Virus record (IMG/VR): IMGVR_UViG_3300010376_000099 | Location: 1-30,943 of that record | Length of the DNA stretch: 30,943 nt | Reading direction: 5' to 3' (one strand) | Origin: a virus | Lineage: Duplodnaviria > Caudoviricetes | Shown here: in pieces, positions 16,022 to 24,951 of the stretch | Numbering within the stretch: position 1 is the first letter of the stretch | How the letters are laid out: each line of letters opens with the position of its first letter | Translations under genes and position numbers: made by a program | The notes under the pieces: generated by a model | What the model saw: the letters and a program-made list of their open reading frames with translations, nothing else | Told to the model about the DNA's origin: nothing | The model's database searches: none

Positions 16022-17440
16022 ATGGCGAATGAGGCGTTTGGGCGGATCGTGTTGGGGCCAGTGGGTAGTGGGAAAACTACTTGTTGCATGATTGAGATGC
16101 TGCGGAGGGCGCTTACTCAAGAGCGAGGGGAGAATGGGCGGCGGCATACTCGCTTCGCTATAATCCGCCAAACGCTTAGCCAATTAAAGATGACAGTATT
16201 GCGTGATGTGATGGCGTGGTTGGAGGAGATTGCGGAGTGGAAGGTTTCGGAAAGTATACTCTATATAAAACAAAAGGATGTTGTTAGTGAATGGATGTTT
16301 TTACCACTTGACGAGCCCGCCGACGAGCGGCGGTTATTGTCAACACAACTTACAGGCGTATGGATCAATGAGATATGTGAGATCAACGTTGATCTTGTCC
16401 CGGCAATTGCAGGTCGGTGTGGCCGCTTTCCTACTGGCCGTTTCGGTGTTCCTACTTGGCATGGGCTTATTGGGGATTCTAACTTCCCCACCGAAGGAAG
16501 CCCCTGGCACCAGTTCCTCGAAACACCTCCAGCGAACTTTGATATATTTAAACAACCGGGTGGGCGCTCTCCCCTTGCCGAGAACTTACCCCACTTAAAT
16601 CAAACATCAGAAACTATTAAGTTCCCGGAGGATGATGAACGGCGGATTGCTCAGGGACGCCAGTATTATGTTCGCAATGCTATGGCTAAAAATAAGGACT
16701 GGGTGCGGCGTTATGTTGATGCGGAATATGGTCGTGACCCTAGCGGTAGTGCTGTATTTGCGGGGAGCTTTGTCCGCCGCTTCCACTGTGTTCCAACTCT
16801 GGAGCCGGTCAAACTCAAAATGCTTATGGTGGGGCAGGACTTTGGCCGTAACCCTTGGAGCCTTATATGTCAGTTGGATTATAATGGCCGTCTACTTGTT
16901 CTTGAGGAAGTAGCGGCTGAGGATATTGGACTTGATTTGCATATGCGGCAAAACCTACGCCCCGCCCTCTCTAAGCCTGAGTATCAAAATAAACCAATCA
17001 TCATTATCGGTGATCCATCCGCTAAAGCTAGATCAAGTCTATATGAGATAAATGAGTTTGACCTGCTGCGGAACGTGTATCACCTGAACGCCATCCCTGC
17101 ACCTACTAACGACATTGACCAGCGGATTGCCTCAGTGGAACATTTCCTATTGGACAGTCGTGCTGGCGGTCCTGCTATACTAATCTCAGAGAAGGGGTGC
17201 CCTAATCTTGTCGCAGCACTGAATGGTGGCTATAGATACAGCAAGAGCCGCCTTGGCGTATCAGTATCTTCACCAGACAAGAATGAGAGTTCACATATAG
17301 CTGACGCACTTCAATATGTTTGTCTTGTCGCTCAATCTCCAGGTGCATACGATTACGCATCCAATTCGGCACAACGTGAAGCTCATAGGCGTCGTTTAAT
17401 GGAAGCCAGGGGTCGAATGCCAACTCAGGGCTGGACATGA
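16022..17440 (+). CDS. terL: Terminase large subunit (true start possibly ATT at 15974)
   Basis: Walker A GPVGSGKT, Walker B GVWINE, nuclease MVGQDFG, GDPS, SHIADALQY. Confidence 0.93.
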   Translation: MANEAFGRIVLGPVGSGKTTCCMIEMLRRALTQERGENGRRHTRFAIIRQTLSQLKMTVLRDVMAWLEEIAEWKVSESILYIKQKDVVSEWMFLPLDEPADERRLLSTQLTGVWINEICEINVDLVPAIAGRCGRFPTGRFGVPTWHGLIGDSNFPTEGSPWHQFLETPPANFDIFKQPGGRSPLAENLPHLNQTSETIKFPEDDERRIAQGRQYYVRNAMAKNKDWVRRYVDAEYGRDPSGSAVFAGSFVRRFHCVPTLEPVKLKMLMVGQDFGRNPWSLICQLDYNGRLLVLEEVAAEDIGLDLHMRQNLRPALSKPEYQNKPIIIIGDPSAKARSSLYEINEFDLLRNVYHLNAIPAPTNDIDQRIASVEHFLLDSRAGGPAILISEKGCPNLVAALNGGYRYSKSRLGVSVSSPDKNESSHIADALQYVCLVAQSPGAYDYASNSAQREAHRRRLMEARGRMPTQGWT

Positions 17441-17448
17441 GAGGATCG

Positions 17449-17538
17449 TCACATCGTGGCATTTAGGTATTCCTCAAAAACTTCTCTGCGTCGTTCGTAT
17501 GTTCCAAGTGTTCTATTACAGGCTAAACAGAGTAATCC
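17449..17538 (-). pseudogene. C-terminal remnant of an endonuclease VII-type HNH nuclease
   Basis: GLLCLACNRTLGTYERRREVFEEYLNATM*; matches the (R)GLLCxxCNxxLG...YL motif; in-frame TAG two codons upstream, no start. Confidence 0.55.
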
Positions 17539-17556
17539 GCTCTACAAATTTTCATA

Positions 17557-18120
17557 TTAGTCTCCGCTAAACTTCTTGGGTTCGTAGCCCGGTGGATCGA
17601 AGTTAATCTCAAATCGTGGGTCGGTAGGTGCAGGCTCTAAATCATCTTCAGTTTGAGCAGGGAGCACTGAACTATCTATAGTTATGGGAGCAACGCCTTG
17701 GCCTATGTTTATTTCTATATGGAACCCACCCCCTTCACTGCCGCTTCCAATAGGATCGGGGTTGCCAAGACCACCTATGCGCGCCAGAGTTTTGAATGCT
17801 TCTACTCTGGCAGCCATAGGTTCACTGTTATCTGTCATAAATCCAACCATGCTAGGAATGCTCTCTTCGACGGCCCACTGGCTTTTGAGTTTGATACGCT
17901 TTGCACTATTACTTGCTGCATTCCATTCGGTAACGGCTTGTGTTAGTAATTTTTGGAACACTGCAAGCTGTTCTATCTCTTCGTAGTCCTCTTCTGTCAT
18001 TCCCAAATTCTTAAGTATTTGCTCGCGGTCTAAGTATCCACGAGCTATTTCCTGTGCCAGAACATGCATTATTCTGGCTTGTTCTTCAGTGATTGTGACA
18101 GATAGGGCCTTTTTCATCAC
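17557..18120 (-). CDS. Putative terminase small subunit
   Basis: N-terminal HTH-like segment (EQILKNLGMTEEDYEEI), helical core, C-terminal GGFHIEINIG beta-strand; lies between terL and portal; no other TerS candidate seen. Confidence 0.5.
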   Translation of the reverse strand: MMKKALSVTITEEQARIMHVLAQEIARGYLDREQILKNLGMTEEDYEEIEQLAVFQKLLTQAVTEWNAASNSAKRIKLKSQWAVEESIPSMVGFMTDNSEPMAARVEAFKTLARIGGLGNPDPIGSGSEGGGFHIEINIGQGVAPITIDSSVLPAQTEDDLEPAPTDPRFEINFDPPGYEPKKFSGD

Positions 18121-18155
18121 TGCTATTCACAAAAAGAGCACTCGAAAAATAAGTG

Positions 18156-18203
18156 TTGACACCTATTTTGACCTATAGTATGCTAAACTGTTCTACTTGT
18201 CAA
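18156..18203. promoter_or_regulatory. Overlapping divergent sigma70 promoters
   Basis: Plus: TTGACA(18156)-N17-TATGCT(18179). Minus: TTGACA(18203)-N17-TACTAT(18180-18175). Confidence 0.7.
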
Positions 18204-18242
18204 GCCGTCCAAAGTAGCTCAACTATTGATAGTTGAGGGAGG

Positions 18243-20567
18243 ATGACAAGAAGGCGAGGGGAAACGATGGCCCCAAATGTGCCATTTAGGGTGGTAGGAC
18301 CGAACGAAACCGCAGCGCAATATGATGCGGTAGCGGCTAGTAAAGCTCTCACTCAGTATCCCCCACGCTCCACTCCAAGCATGACAGGTTTAGCTGGTTT
18401 CATTTGGGACCAGTGGATGCTCATGAGGCGGCATCGTGATACAGCATCTAGTGGATGGTCTTATCGCCTGCTTAGGGCGCTTAGGGCTTTTAATGGCGAG
18501 TATGAGCCGGAGCAGATAGTAGCGATTAAAAAGTTTGGCGGATCAGAGGTTTATGCTCGACTTATCGCGATGAAGTGCCGAGGCACCACGTCCCTCTTGC
18601 GTGATGTGTATCTTGGTCCAGAGCGTCCTTGGGGTCTTGAGCCTGATCCTGATCCGCCAATCCCTGACGAGATTATTCAATCAATCCAGCAATTAGTTCA
18701 TAACGAAATGACCCAAGCGGTGGCGGGACACCATGCAGGGTTGCAAGCTATTTCAGCACACCATCATGCAGTGCAACAAGTTCATGCATGGGGGATGCAA
18801 AGTGGTCAAACGGTTCAGCAAGTCCAACAATCAATCCCACCGCCACCGCCGCCTGCGCCTCCGATTCCTGACGCGAATGCAATACGTGACCGAATCCTTA
18901 TGCTTGAGGAAGCAGCGCGTGATGCGGCGAAAGCGAAATGCGCGAAACAAACGAAAATTGCTGAGGACAAGATACAAGAAATTTTTAACGTCGGAGGGTT
19001 TTATACGGCCTTTGCAGAGTTTCTAGTTGACCTACCACTGTTTCCCTATGCAGTTTTAAAGGGTCCAACTGTCCGAATTAAAACTGATGTAGAATGGATA
19101 CAAGACCCACCAACTATAAATAGTTCGGACACCAGGGCTACAAAACCGAACAAAGGTGGCCAACGTCGTCCGATAGTAACTAATAAGCCTATTCTTACGT
19201 GGAGCCGCATTTCTCCCTTTGATGTATATTGGACACCCGGTGTTTCAGACATTGAGAACGCGAACGTTATCGAACGTAGTCGGCTCACTCGTGCTGAGAT
19301 TAATGATCTTCTTGATCTGCCGGGGTTTAATACTGATGAAGTTCGCGCCGTCTTGGATGAATACGGCCGTGGTGGGCTTGTTGACACTTGGGATCAAACT
19401 GACAGTCCCCGTGCTATTTTGGAGTCAAGGGAAGACCCACGATTTAACCAATCAGGTTTGATTAGTTGTTTAGAGTTCCAGGGTAATGCTCAGGGACAAC
19501 ATCTTTTAGATATTGGGTTTGATCCTTCACAAATTTCTGATCCTTTACGAGACTATCATATTCAAGCTTGGTTGATAGGTCGCCATGTCATCAAAGCTCA
19601 ACTTACCCCCTCACCACGAAAACGTCATCAATACTACATTACCTCATTTGAGAAAGTCCCAGGAACCCCTGTCGGCAACGGCCTGCCTGATTTACTTACC
19701 GATATTACTACTGTGGCTAATGCTACTCTCCGTTCTCTTGTTAATAATATGTCTATCGCAAGTGGCCCACAAGTTGTTGTCAATGATGATAGATTGGGTG
19801 ACGGCGAGGATGGAGAAGAACTCTATCCCTGGAAACGGTGGCACGTTAAATCTGATCCATTTGGGAATAATACAGAAGCAGCGATTACTTTTTTCAATCC
19901 AGCAAGCAATGCACAAGAGCTTCTTCAAGTATATCAAGCTTTCAGTCAGATTGCTGATGAAATATCCGCCATCCCGAAATTCATGACTGGCACGCCATCT
20001 GCTGGTGTCGGACGCACAGCGTCCGGTTTGAGTATGTTGATGCAGAACTCAGCGAAGGTTCTGCAAACTGTTTGTGCGAATGTGGATCGTGATGTTATAG
20101 GAAAGGTGCTTGAAGGTCTGGTGGATATGGTCTTGTTGACAGATAAAACGGGGCTGTTGACAGGTGATGAAGAAATCAAGGTCCTTGGTGTGGCGGTCGC
20201 AATGCAACGTGAAACGCTGCGACAACGCCAGCTTGAGTTTCTGCAACTTACTGGCAATCCTGTGGATATGCAGATCATCGGGCCGAAGGGCCGTGCAAGT
20301 ATACTACGTGCTGTTAGCGATGGGCTTGGGCTTCCCGGTGCTGATATTGTTCCGTCCGCGGATCAGATGGATGCGCAACAGAAGCAGGCGGCGCTTCAAG
20401 CGCAGTCTCAAGGCATACCGGGCCACGCACAGCAGCCACCTGAGCAGCCAAATCCTGGTGGGCAGGCGCAAGGTGGTCAGCCGTCACAACTAAGCGCGCA
20501 ACAAGGACCTCAGCAAAACTCAGTTCCGAATAGTGGGCCTGCTACAGTCCACGGTGGGCCACAGTAA
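18243..20567 (+). CDS. Portal protein (start may be 18267)
   Basis: 774 aa after terminase; SPFDVYW, GNGLPDLL..NATLRSLVNN.SIASGPQ, RTASGLSMLM motifs; Gln-rich tail typical of podovirus portals. Confidence 0.88.
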   Translation: MTRRRGETMAPNVPFRVVGPNETAAQYDAVAASKALTQYPPRSTPSMTGLAGFIWDQWMLMRRHRDTASSGWSYRLLRALRAFNGEYEPEQIVAIKKFGGSEVYARLIAMKCRGTTSLLRDVYLGPERPWGLEPDPDPPIPDEIIQSIQQLVHNEMTQAVAGHHAGLQAISAHHHAVQQVHAWGMQSGQTVQQVQQSIPPPPPPAPPIPDANAIRDRILMLEEAARDAAKAKCAKQTKIAEDKIQEIFNVGGFYTAFAEFLVDLPLFPYAVLKGPTVRIKTDVEWIQDPPTINSSDTRATKPNKGGQRRPIVTNKPILTWSRISPFDVYWTPGVSDIENANVIERSRLTRAEINDLLDLPGFNTDEVRAVLDEYGRGGLVDTWDQTDSPRAILESREDPRFNQSGLISCLEFQGNAQGQHLLDIGFDPSQISDPLRDYHIQAWLIGRHVIKAQLTPSPRKRHQYYITSFEKVPGTPVGNGLPDLLTDITTVANATLRSLVNNMSIASGPQVVVNDDRLGDGEDGEELYPWKRWHVKSDPFGNNTEAAITFFNPASNAQELLQVYQAFSQIADEISAIPKFMTGTPSAGVGRTASGLSMLMQNSAKVLQTVCANVDRDVIGKVLEGLVDMVLLTDKTGLLTGDEEIKVLGVAVAMQRETLRQRQLEFLQLTGNPVDMQIIGPKGRASILRAVSDGLGLPGADIVPSADQMDAQQKQAALQAQSQGIPGHAQQPPEQPNPGGQAQGGQPSQLSAQQGPQQNSVPNSGPATVHGGPQ

Positions 20568-20621
20568 CTATTTATAGTTGAGTTGGTGTTACAATATTTG
20601 GATCAAACAAGGAGTGGGACA

Positions 20622-20894
20622 ATGCCTCGACGACCTGCAATGATTGGACCCGGTGCTGCGCGAATGGGTGGAGCGGGCGTTCGTCCTCGTGTGCCGCCGA
20701 CAGCGATGGCAGGTGCGCCTGCTGGTGGCGGAGCGCCTGGGTTGGGCCTCAAGAAAGGTGGCCATGTCTCCAAAGACAAGAAGGAGGAAATGCGCGAAAA
20801 GAAGGAGAAACGCCACGAGAAGCTTGCCAAGGGCGGTATCGTTGGTGGTTCCGATGCCAAAGGGAGGGAGCGTCACAGCGGCAAGGCTGAATAG
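20622..20894 (+). CDS. Small basic Gly-rich protein with KGG motifs
   Basis: AAGGAG RBS before MPRRPAM; LKKGGHV, LAKGGIV. Confidence 0.75.
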   Translation: MPRRPAMIGPGAARMGGAGVRPRVPPTAMAGAPAGGGAPGLGLKKGGHVSKDKKEEMREKKEKRHEKLAKGGIVGGSDAKGRERHSGKAE

Positions 20895-20900
20895 GAGGGT

Positions 20901-21287
20901 GTGATGCCGCAGTTTCCGATAAGGGGCGGGGGTGGCGCTTTTAGACCGGGTTTTAGGATGCCTGCTGGTGGTGGTCCTGCCGGTTTTTCCACTCCACTCA
21001 GTAGGACGCCCGTTGTTAGGATGCCTGCCGGTAGTGCCCCTGGTGCAGGTTTGTCCACGCCGCCAGCAAGTGCAGGTCAATACGGGACCCCTGCTTATGT
21101 TAATGCACAACCGCAAGCAACTAGTATGGCTAATTATGGAGGGTTTGCGCAGGCTCAACAGCAATTGGCTTCTGGTGGTCCTCGCCCCATGAAGAAAGGT
21201 GGGGCAGTTAAAAAAGCAAAGCATTCTAAGGGTGGTTCAGTAGGCGATACGAAACCTCGACATAAATCAGGGGGGTCGTTCAAGTAG
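20901..21287 (+). CDS. Small Gly/Pro-rich protein with KGG motifs
   Basis: GGAGG RBS; MKKGGAV, HSKGGSV, HKSGGSF. Confidence 0.75.
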   Translation: MMPQFPIRGGGGAFRPGFRMPAGGGPAGFSTPLSRTPVVRMPAGSAPGAGLSTPPASAGQYGTPAYVNAQPQATSMANYGGFAQAQQQLASGGPRPMKKGGAVKKAKHSKGGSVGDTKPRHKSGGSFK

Positions 21288-21295
21288 GAGTTTTA

Positions 21296-21625
21296 ATGCA
21301 TCGCAATCGGAATGGCCAACCTACTCGTTTGAAAAGGAAACCAAAAATGGCAAAGTTTGAAAGCAGGAGCGAACGACCAGACTTTTTTGCACAAGGTGGC
21401 AGCGGGCATATGTTCGACAAAGGACATGCCAGTTGCTCCGAAGCTGGTCAGTCGGGCAAGTCGAGTCAAGGCGCGAATGAAGGTCAGAGCGCTCAACAGG
21501 GCGAACATGAAGGTTATGCCAAAGGGATCAAGTTTCCCGAAGGGGGATCGGATCATATGTTTGGTAAGGGATCGGCTGGCAAGAAGGTTCCTGGCATTAG
21601 CGGCAAGGCTAGCCAAGTCGGCTGA
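21296..21625 (+). CDS. Small protein with repeated FxxGGSxHMF motif
   Basis: FAQGGSGHMFDKG and FPEGGSDHMFGKG; alternative start at 21347. Confidence 0.75.
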   Translation: MHRNRNGQPTRLKRKPKMAKFESRSERPDFFAQGGSGHMFDKGHASCSEAGQSGKSSQGANEGQSAQQGEHEGYAKGIKFPEGGSDHMFGKGSAGKKVPGISGKASQVG

Positions 21626-21654
21626 ACTTAACTATAGATAGTTGGAGAACTGCA

Positions 21655-22044
21655 ATGGCAAACGCGGCGACTTCTGACCTGGCACCACGCCCGAATGATC
21701 CGACGGTGCAAGCGACGAAGCCGCCGACACGTCAGCCATATGGCACGATTGGATTTGGCAATCGTAGGGAAGCAGTGGCATCGGTATGCAACTATGTCAA
21801 TCAAATTTTGGAATACAAGAACGGGAATACGAGCCAAGACATTCTCCTGCCGGGTCAATCGAACCAAGATGAGAGAATGCCTCTTACTTTTCTCAAGCCA
21901 GCTATTCTTGCACTTAATGCGCTGAATGTAGGTGGTGTTACGCCAATGAATGTGCCGACAGACAGTCTGGACTTTCACGGCTTCACAAGTTTTGTCAATC
22001 GGATCATCACACAGGCTAATGCAGTGATTACGGCGCTTCCCTAA
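21655..22044 (+). CDS. Hypothetical (virion-module) protein
   Basis: 129 aa; GGAG RBS abutting the palindrome at 21630. Confidence 0.8.
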   Translation: MANAATSDLAPRPNDPTVQATKPPTRQPYGTIGFGNRREAVASVCNYVNQILEYKNGNTSQDILLPGQSNQDERMPLTFLKPAILALNALNVGGVTPMNVPTDSLDFHGFTSFVNRIITQANAVITALP

Positions 22045-22045
22045 A

Positions 22046-22074
22046 TATCCACACGAGTTTACGAAGTGTGGATA
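22046..22074 (+). other. Intergenic hairpin with conserved GAGTTTACGAA loop
   Basis: TATCCACAC-GAGTTTACGAA-GTGTGGATA. Confidence 0.8.
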
Positions 22075-22090
22075 ATGTAAATGGAGACAT

Positions 22091-22420
22091 ATGATGGACA
22101 AGCCAAGCGAAAGGAAAAAAGACAATAAGGAATACGGCGATACTGACATTGGCACCCATGACTATGGGGCTGGTGGTAAACGTGAACAACTTGATGGGTT
22201 GTGGGGGTTTCCTACGATTACTGGTGGTTCGCGTTCTCAGCGATTGGTTGCGAATAATTACTGCAAGACCGATCATGAGAAGCATGAAAAGAATAAGGAC
22301 AACCCTGAATATCTGATCGGTGAAGCTCTTAATAGTATGGACACTCGCGGGCCGCCGCTGGAGAATACGTCTGGACCGCGTATCAAATCTGTTTGGCCAA
22401 ATGGCAGGGGAGGACTTTGA
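22091..22420 (+). CDS. Hypothetical protein
   Basis: 109 aa; GGAG RBS. Confidence 0.75.
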   Translation: MMDKPSERKKDNKEYGDTDIGTHDYGAGGKREQLDGLWGFPTITGGSRSQRLVANNYCKTDHEKHEKNKDNPEYLIGEALNSMDTRGPPLENTSGPRIKSVWPNGRGGL

Positions 22421-22659
22421 GGGAGCGTGAAAGTTATCTTCGGGCGTTGTTCGCATTATCGAAAGCAACGCAACCGGAGGTTTGGGACAAGTTTACGAAA
22501 GCGTTTGATGCGTTTGCGAAGTATGAGTTTGAGCGAGGGTTAAATAGTCCAACGCAAGATACATTGATTTCGGTAGGCATGAACAGGAGATTGAAAGAAT
22601 TGAGGGATGACGTATTGAATATTGATGATTTATATAAGCGTCTAACGAAAAGTGAATAA
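22393..22659 (+). CDS. Hypothetical protein (start possibly TTG at 22417)
   Basis: Small helical protein preceding the scaffold gene. Confidence 0.7.
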   Translation: MAKWQGRTLRERESYLRALFALSKATQPEVWDKFTKAFDAFAKYEFERGLNSPTQDTLISVGMNRRLKELRDDVLNIDDLYKRLTKSE

Positions 22660-22696
22660 CCGTCGGGGGACGGTAGAGTAGAGAACAGAGGATGCG

Positions 22697-23809
22697 ATGG
22701 CCGATACATCGGGTGTAAAACTACCAGCAGCAGTAGTTGCAGCGGCGAAACGTTCGGAAGAGATTGCTGCGCAGATTAAACAACAACGTGATAGTGGTCA
22801 GCTTACGCATGTTGAGCCGTTTGTGCCGCCGCCACCGCCACCTTACAACCCAACTATAGATAGTTCAACTCCTCCCTCTGCCGATGGTGAAGGCGATTGG
22901 GAACATCAGTTTAAATCTATGAAAGGTCGCTATGAAGCGGCCGAAGCACGCATTCGTAATCAAGCGAGTAACATTTCTGAATTGCAGCGCCTTATCGCTA
23001 TGGGGCCGGTGAACGCCCCTCCGGCCCCTACTGCTGTCCCTCAGAGTGTTCCGCAGCCTCGTTCTCCCTCCCTAAACGGGGCAACGCCCGCGTCCGGTGA
23101 CGTGCGGTTCGGTGGGGGACAGCCTTTTACCCCACCGAAATTTGTGACGGAGAAAGAAACTCAGGAGTATGGACAGGAATTATTAGACATTATGGGGCGG
23201 CGCACGATGGAGATTGTTGCGCCGGAATTTATGAAACTTGGTGATGTTGTTAATAGATTAGTTAGCGAAAATACACAGCTTAAGCAGCAAATGAGCGGTA
23301 TGCGCAATGTCGTATCGCACGATGCTACTGGGCGTTTTTACGATTCGTTGGATAAGGAGCTTCCTGATTGGGAGCAAACTAACAACGATCCACAGTTTTT
23401 ACACTGGCTATCGCAGGTTGATCCCTATTCTGGCCGTGTAAGAAAGGACCTCCTTACTGAGGCTCACTCGCGAAAAGAAGCTTCCCGAGTGCTGTCCTTT
23501 ATTAAGGGGTTCCGAGCAGAGAGAGCCGCCGTCAGTCCTGTCGAGGATTTGCAACCGACGCGGGCAAACGGGGGAGGCAGTAACGCCCCTCCACCGTCCC
23601 CCACGATCGAACTACAAAGCTTGGCAGCACCCGGTCGTGCAAAGTCTGGGCAGCCACCAACGCCCCCGGACAATCCCTTCTTTACTCATGCTCAAGTCAG
23701 TCAGTTTTATGCTGACGTGACTAAGGGCAAGTATGAAGGCCGCGACGCAGAGAAAACGGCTCTTGAACAGCAAATCTTTAGCGCTGCTAAAGAGGGCCGC
23801 GTTCGCTAG
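22697..23809 (+). CDS. Putative capsid scaffolding protein
   Basis: Directly upstream of MCP; coiled-coil and Pro-rich segments; C-terminal AAKEGRVR. Confidence 0.7.
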   Translation: MADTSGVKLPAAVVAAAKRSEEIAAQIKQQRDSGQLTHVEPFVPPPPPPYNPTIDSSTPPSADGEGDWEHQFKSMKGRYEAAEARIRNQASNISELQRLIAMGPVNAPPAPTAVPQSVPQPRSPSLNGATPASGDVRFGGGQPFTPPKFVTEKETQEYGQELLDIMGRRTMEIVAPEFMKLGDVVNRLVSENTQLKQQMSGMRNVVSHDATGRFYDSLDKELPDWEQTNNDPQFLHWLSQVDPYSGRVRKDLLTEAHSRKEASRVLSFIKGFRAERAAVSPVEDLQPTRANGGGSNAPPPSPTIELQSLAAPGRAKSGQPPTPPDNPFFTHAQVSQFYADVTKGKYEGRDAEKTALEQQIFSAAKEGRVR

Positions 23810-23883
23810 CGTCAAATTTTAGTTTTTAGTGGTTCGTGCAGCGCAAGCTTGCACTCACTAAATAACTCCTTGACGAGGCTGTC

Positions 23884-24876
23884 ATGGCTCTTGGCCTTGC
23901 TGGTGGCGCGACCACCCCTCCCTTATACCCTGCTGGATCAACGTCTGTTGACTATGTAGCCGCTGGTTTTGTCCCTGAATTGTGGTCGGGCAAACTTATC
24001 GAGAAGTTTTATGCGGCGACGGTGCTTGCCGCTATCTCGAATACCGACTATGAGGGAGAAATAAAAAACTACGGCGACCGGGTGAAAATCCGCACCAAGC
24101 CAACAATCGTCATCAACAATTACTTGGTGAACGGCGATCTGTCGCTCCAACGCCCGGTCGGCAACTTCGTGGAGCTATACATCGATCAAGGTAAGTATTT
24201 CAGCACGATCCTTGACGATGTGATCGAGAAGCAGTCCGACATTAACAATCTGTCCATTTGGGCGGATGATGCATCGGAGCAGATGAAGATTGCGGTTGAT
24301 ACTGACGTGCTGCTTTATTTGCTGCATCAGGCTGATAGCCATAACCGTGGCACTACCGCAGGTCTGGTTTCCGGCAATATCAATCTTGGTGTTACCGGCA
24401 CGCCTGTTGCAACCGTCGGCCGTAATCCTACGACTGGTCAAGTTGAAATTGTTGACGTGCTCCTTCGTCTTGGACAGGCGCTTGACGAACAGAACATCCC
24501 GGAGACGGGACGTTGGGTCGTTATGCCCACCTGGGCGACGTTCCAGATCAAACGGTCTGAACTGCGTGAAGTGTTCGTGTCGGGCGATAGCGTGACCATT
24601 CTTCGTAATGGTCGATTTGGGCAGGTGGATCGGTTCACGATCTACGGTTCAAACCTGCTTCCAAACGGTGCGGCTGGTGGTTTACAACCGGGTGAATACC
24701 CAATCTATGCTGGTCATGCTCATGGTTTGACCTTTGCGTCGCAACTGACCAACGTCGAAACGTTGCGTTCGGAGCGCACCTTTGGTCAAATCTTGCGCGG
24801 CTTGCAGGTTTACGGACGCCAGGTGCTCGATGGTAAGGCTTTAGCCGAAGCTATCGTGTCTCAAGCAGGTCCGTAA
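23884..24876 (+). CDS. Major capsid protein
   Basis: 330 aa; FVPELWSGKL..KFY..TV...ISNTDYEGEIK..GD.VKI and RGLQVYG motifs of podovirus HK97-fold capsids; position after scaffold. Confidence 0.9.
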   Translation: MALGLAGGATTPPLYPAGSTSVDYVAAGFVPELWSGKLIEKFYAATVLAAISNTDYEGEIKNYGDRVKIRTKPTIVINNYLVNGDLSLQRPVGNFVELYIDQGKYFSTILDDVIEKQSDINNLSIWADDASEQMKIAVDTDVLLYLLHQADSHNRGTTAGLVSGNINLGVTGTPVATVGRNPTTGQVEIVDVLLRLGQALDEQNIPETGRWVVMPTWATFQIKRSELREVFVSGDSVTILRNGRFGQVDRFTIYGSNLLPNGAAGGLQPGEYPIYAGHAHGLTFASQLTNVETLRSERTFGQILRGLQVYGRQVLDGKALAEAIVSQAGP

Positions 24877-24888
24877 ACGGCGAGGGGA

Positions 24889-24927
24889 GGGGACCAGTTA
24901 AGACGCTTAGCGTTCTTACTGGTCCCC
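24889..24927 (+). terminator. Long hairpin after capsid gene (no U-tract)
   Basis: GGGGACCAGT...ACTGGTCCCC outer stem with inner AAGACGC/GCGTTCTT; palindrome variant starts at the next base (24928). Confidence 0.55.
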
Positions 24928-24951
24928 GACTATCAATAGTTGGGTGTGGCC

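Noticed and set aside
14662-16183. Minus-strand ORFs 14662-14859, 14792-15043, 15691-16089, 15959-16183
   Set aside because: No convincing RBS; they run across repeats, the tRNA-like element, promoters or terL. Two read TIDS only because they cross the palindrome.
20589-22709. Minus-strand ORFs over the small virion genes (e.g. 20589-21224, 21628-22155)
   Set aside because: Antisense to RBS-supported plus-strand genes.
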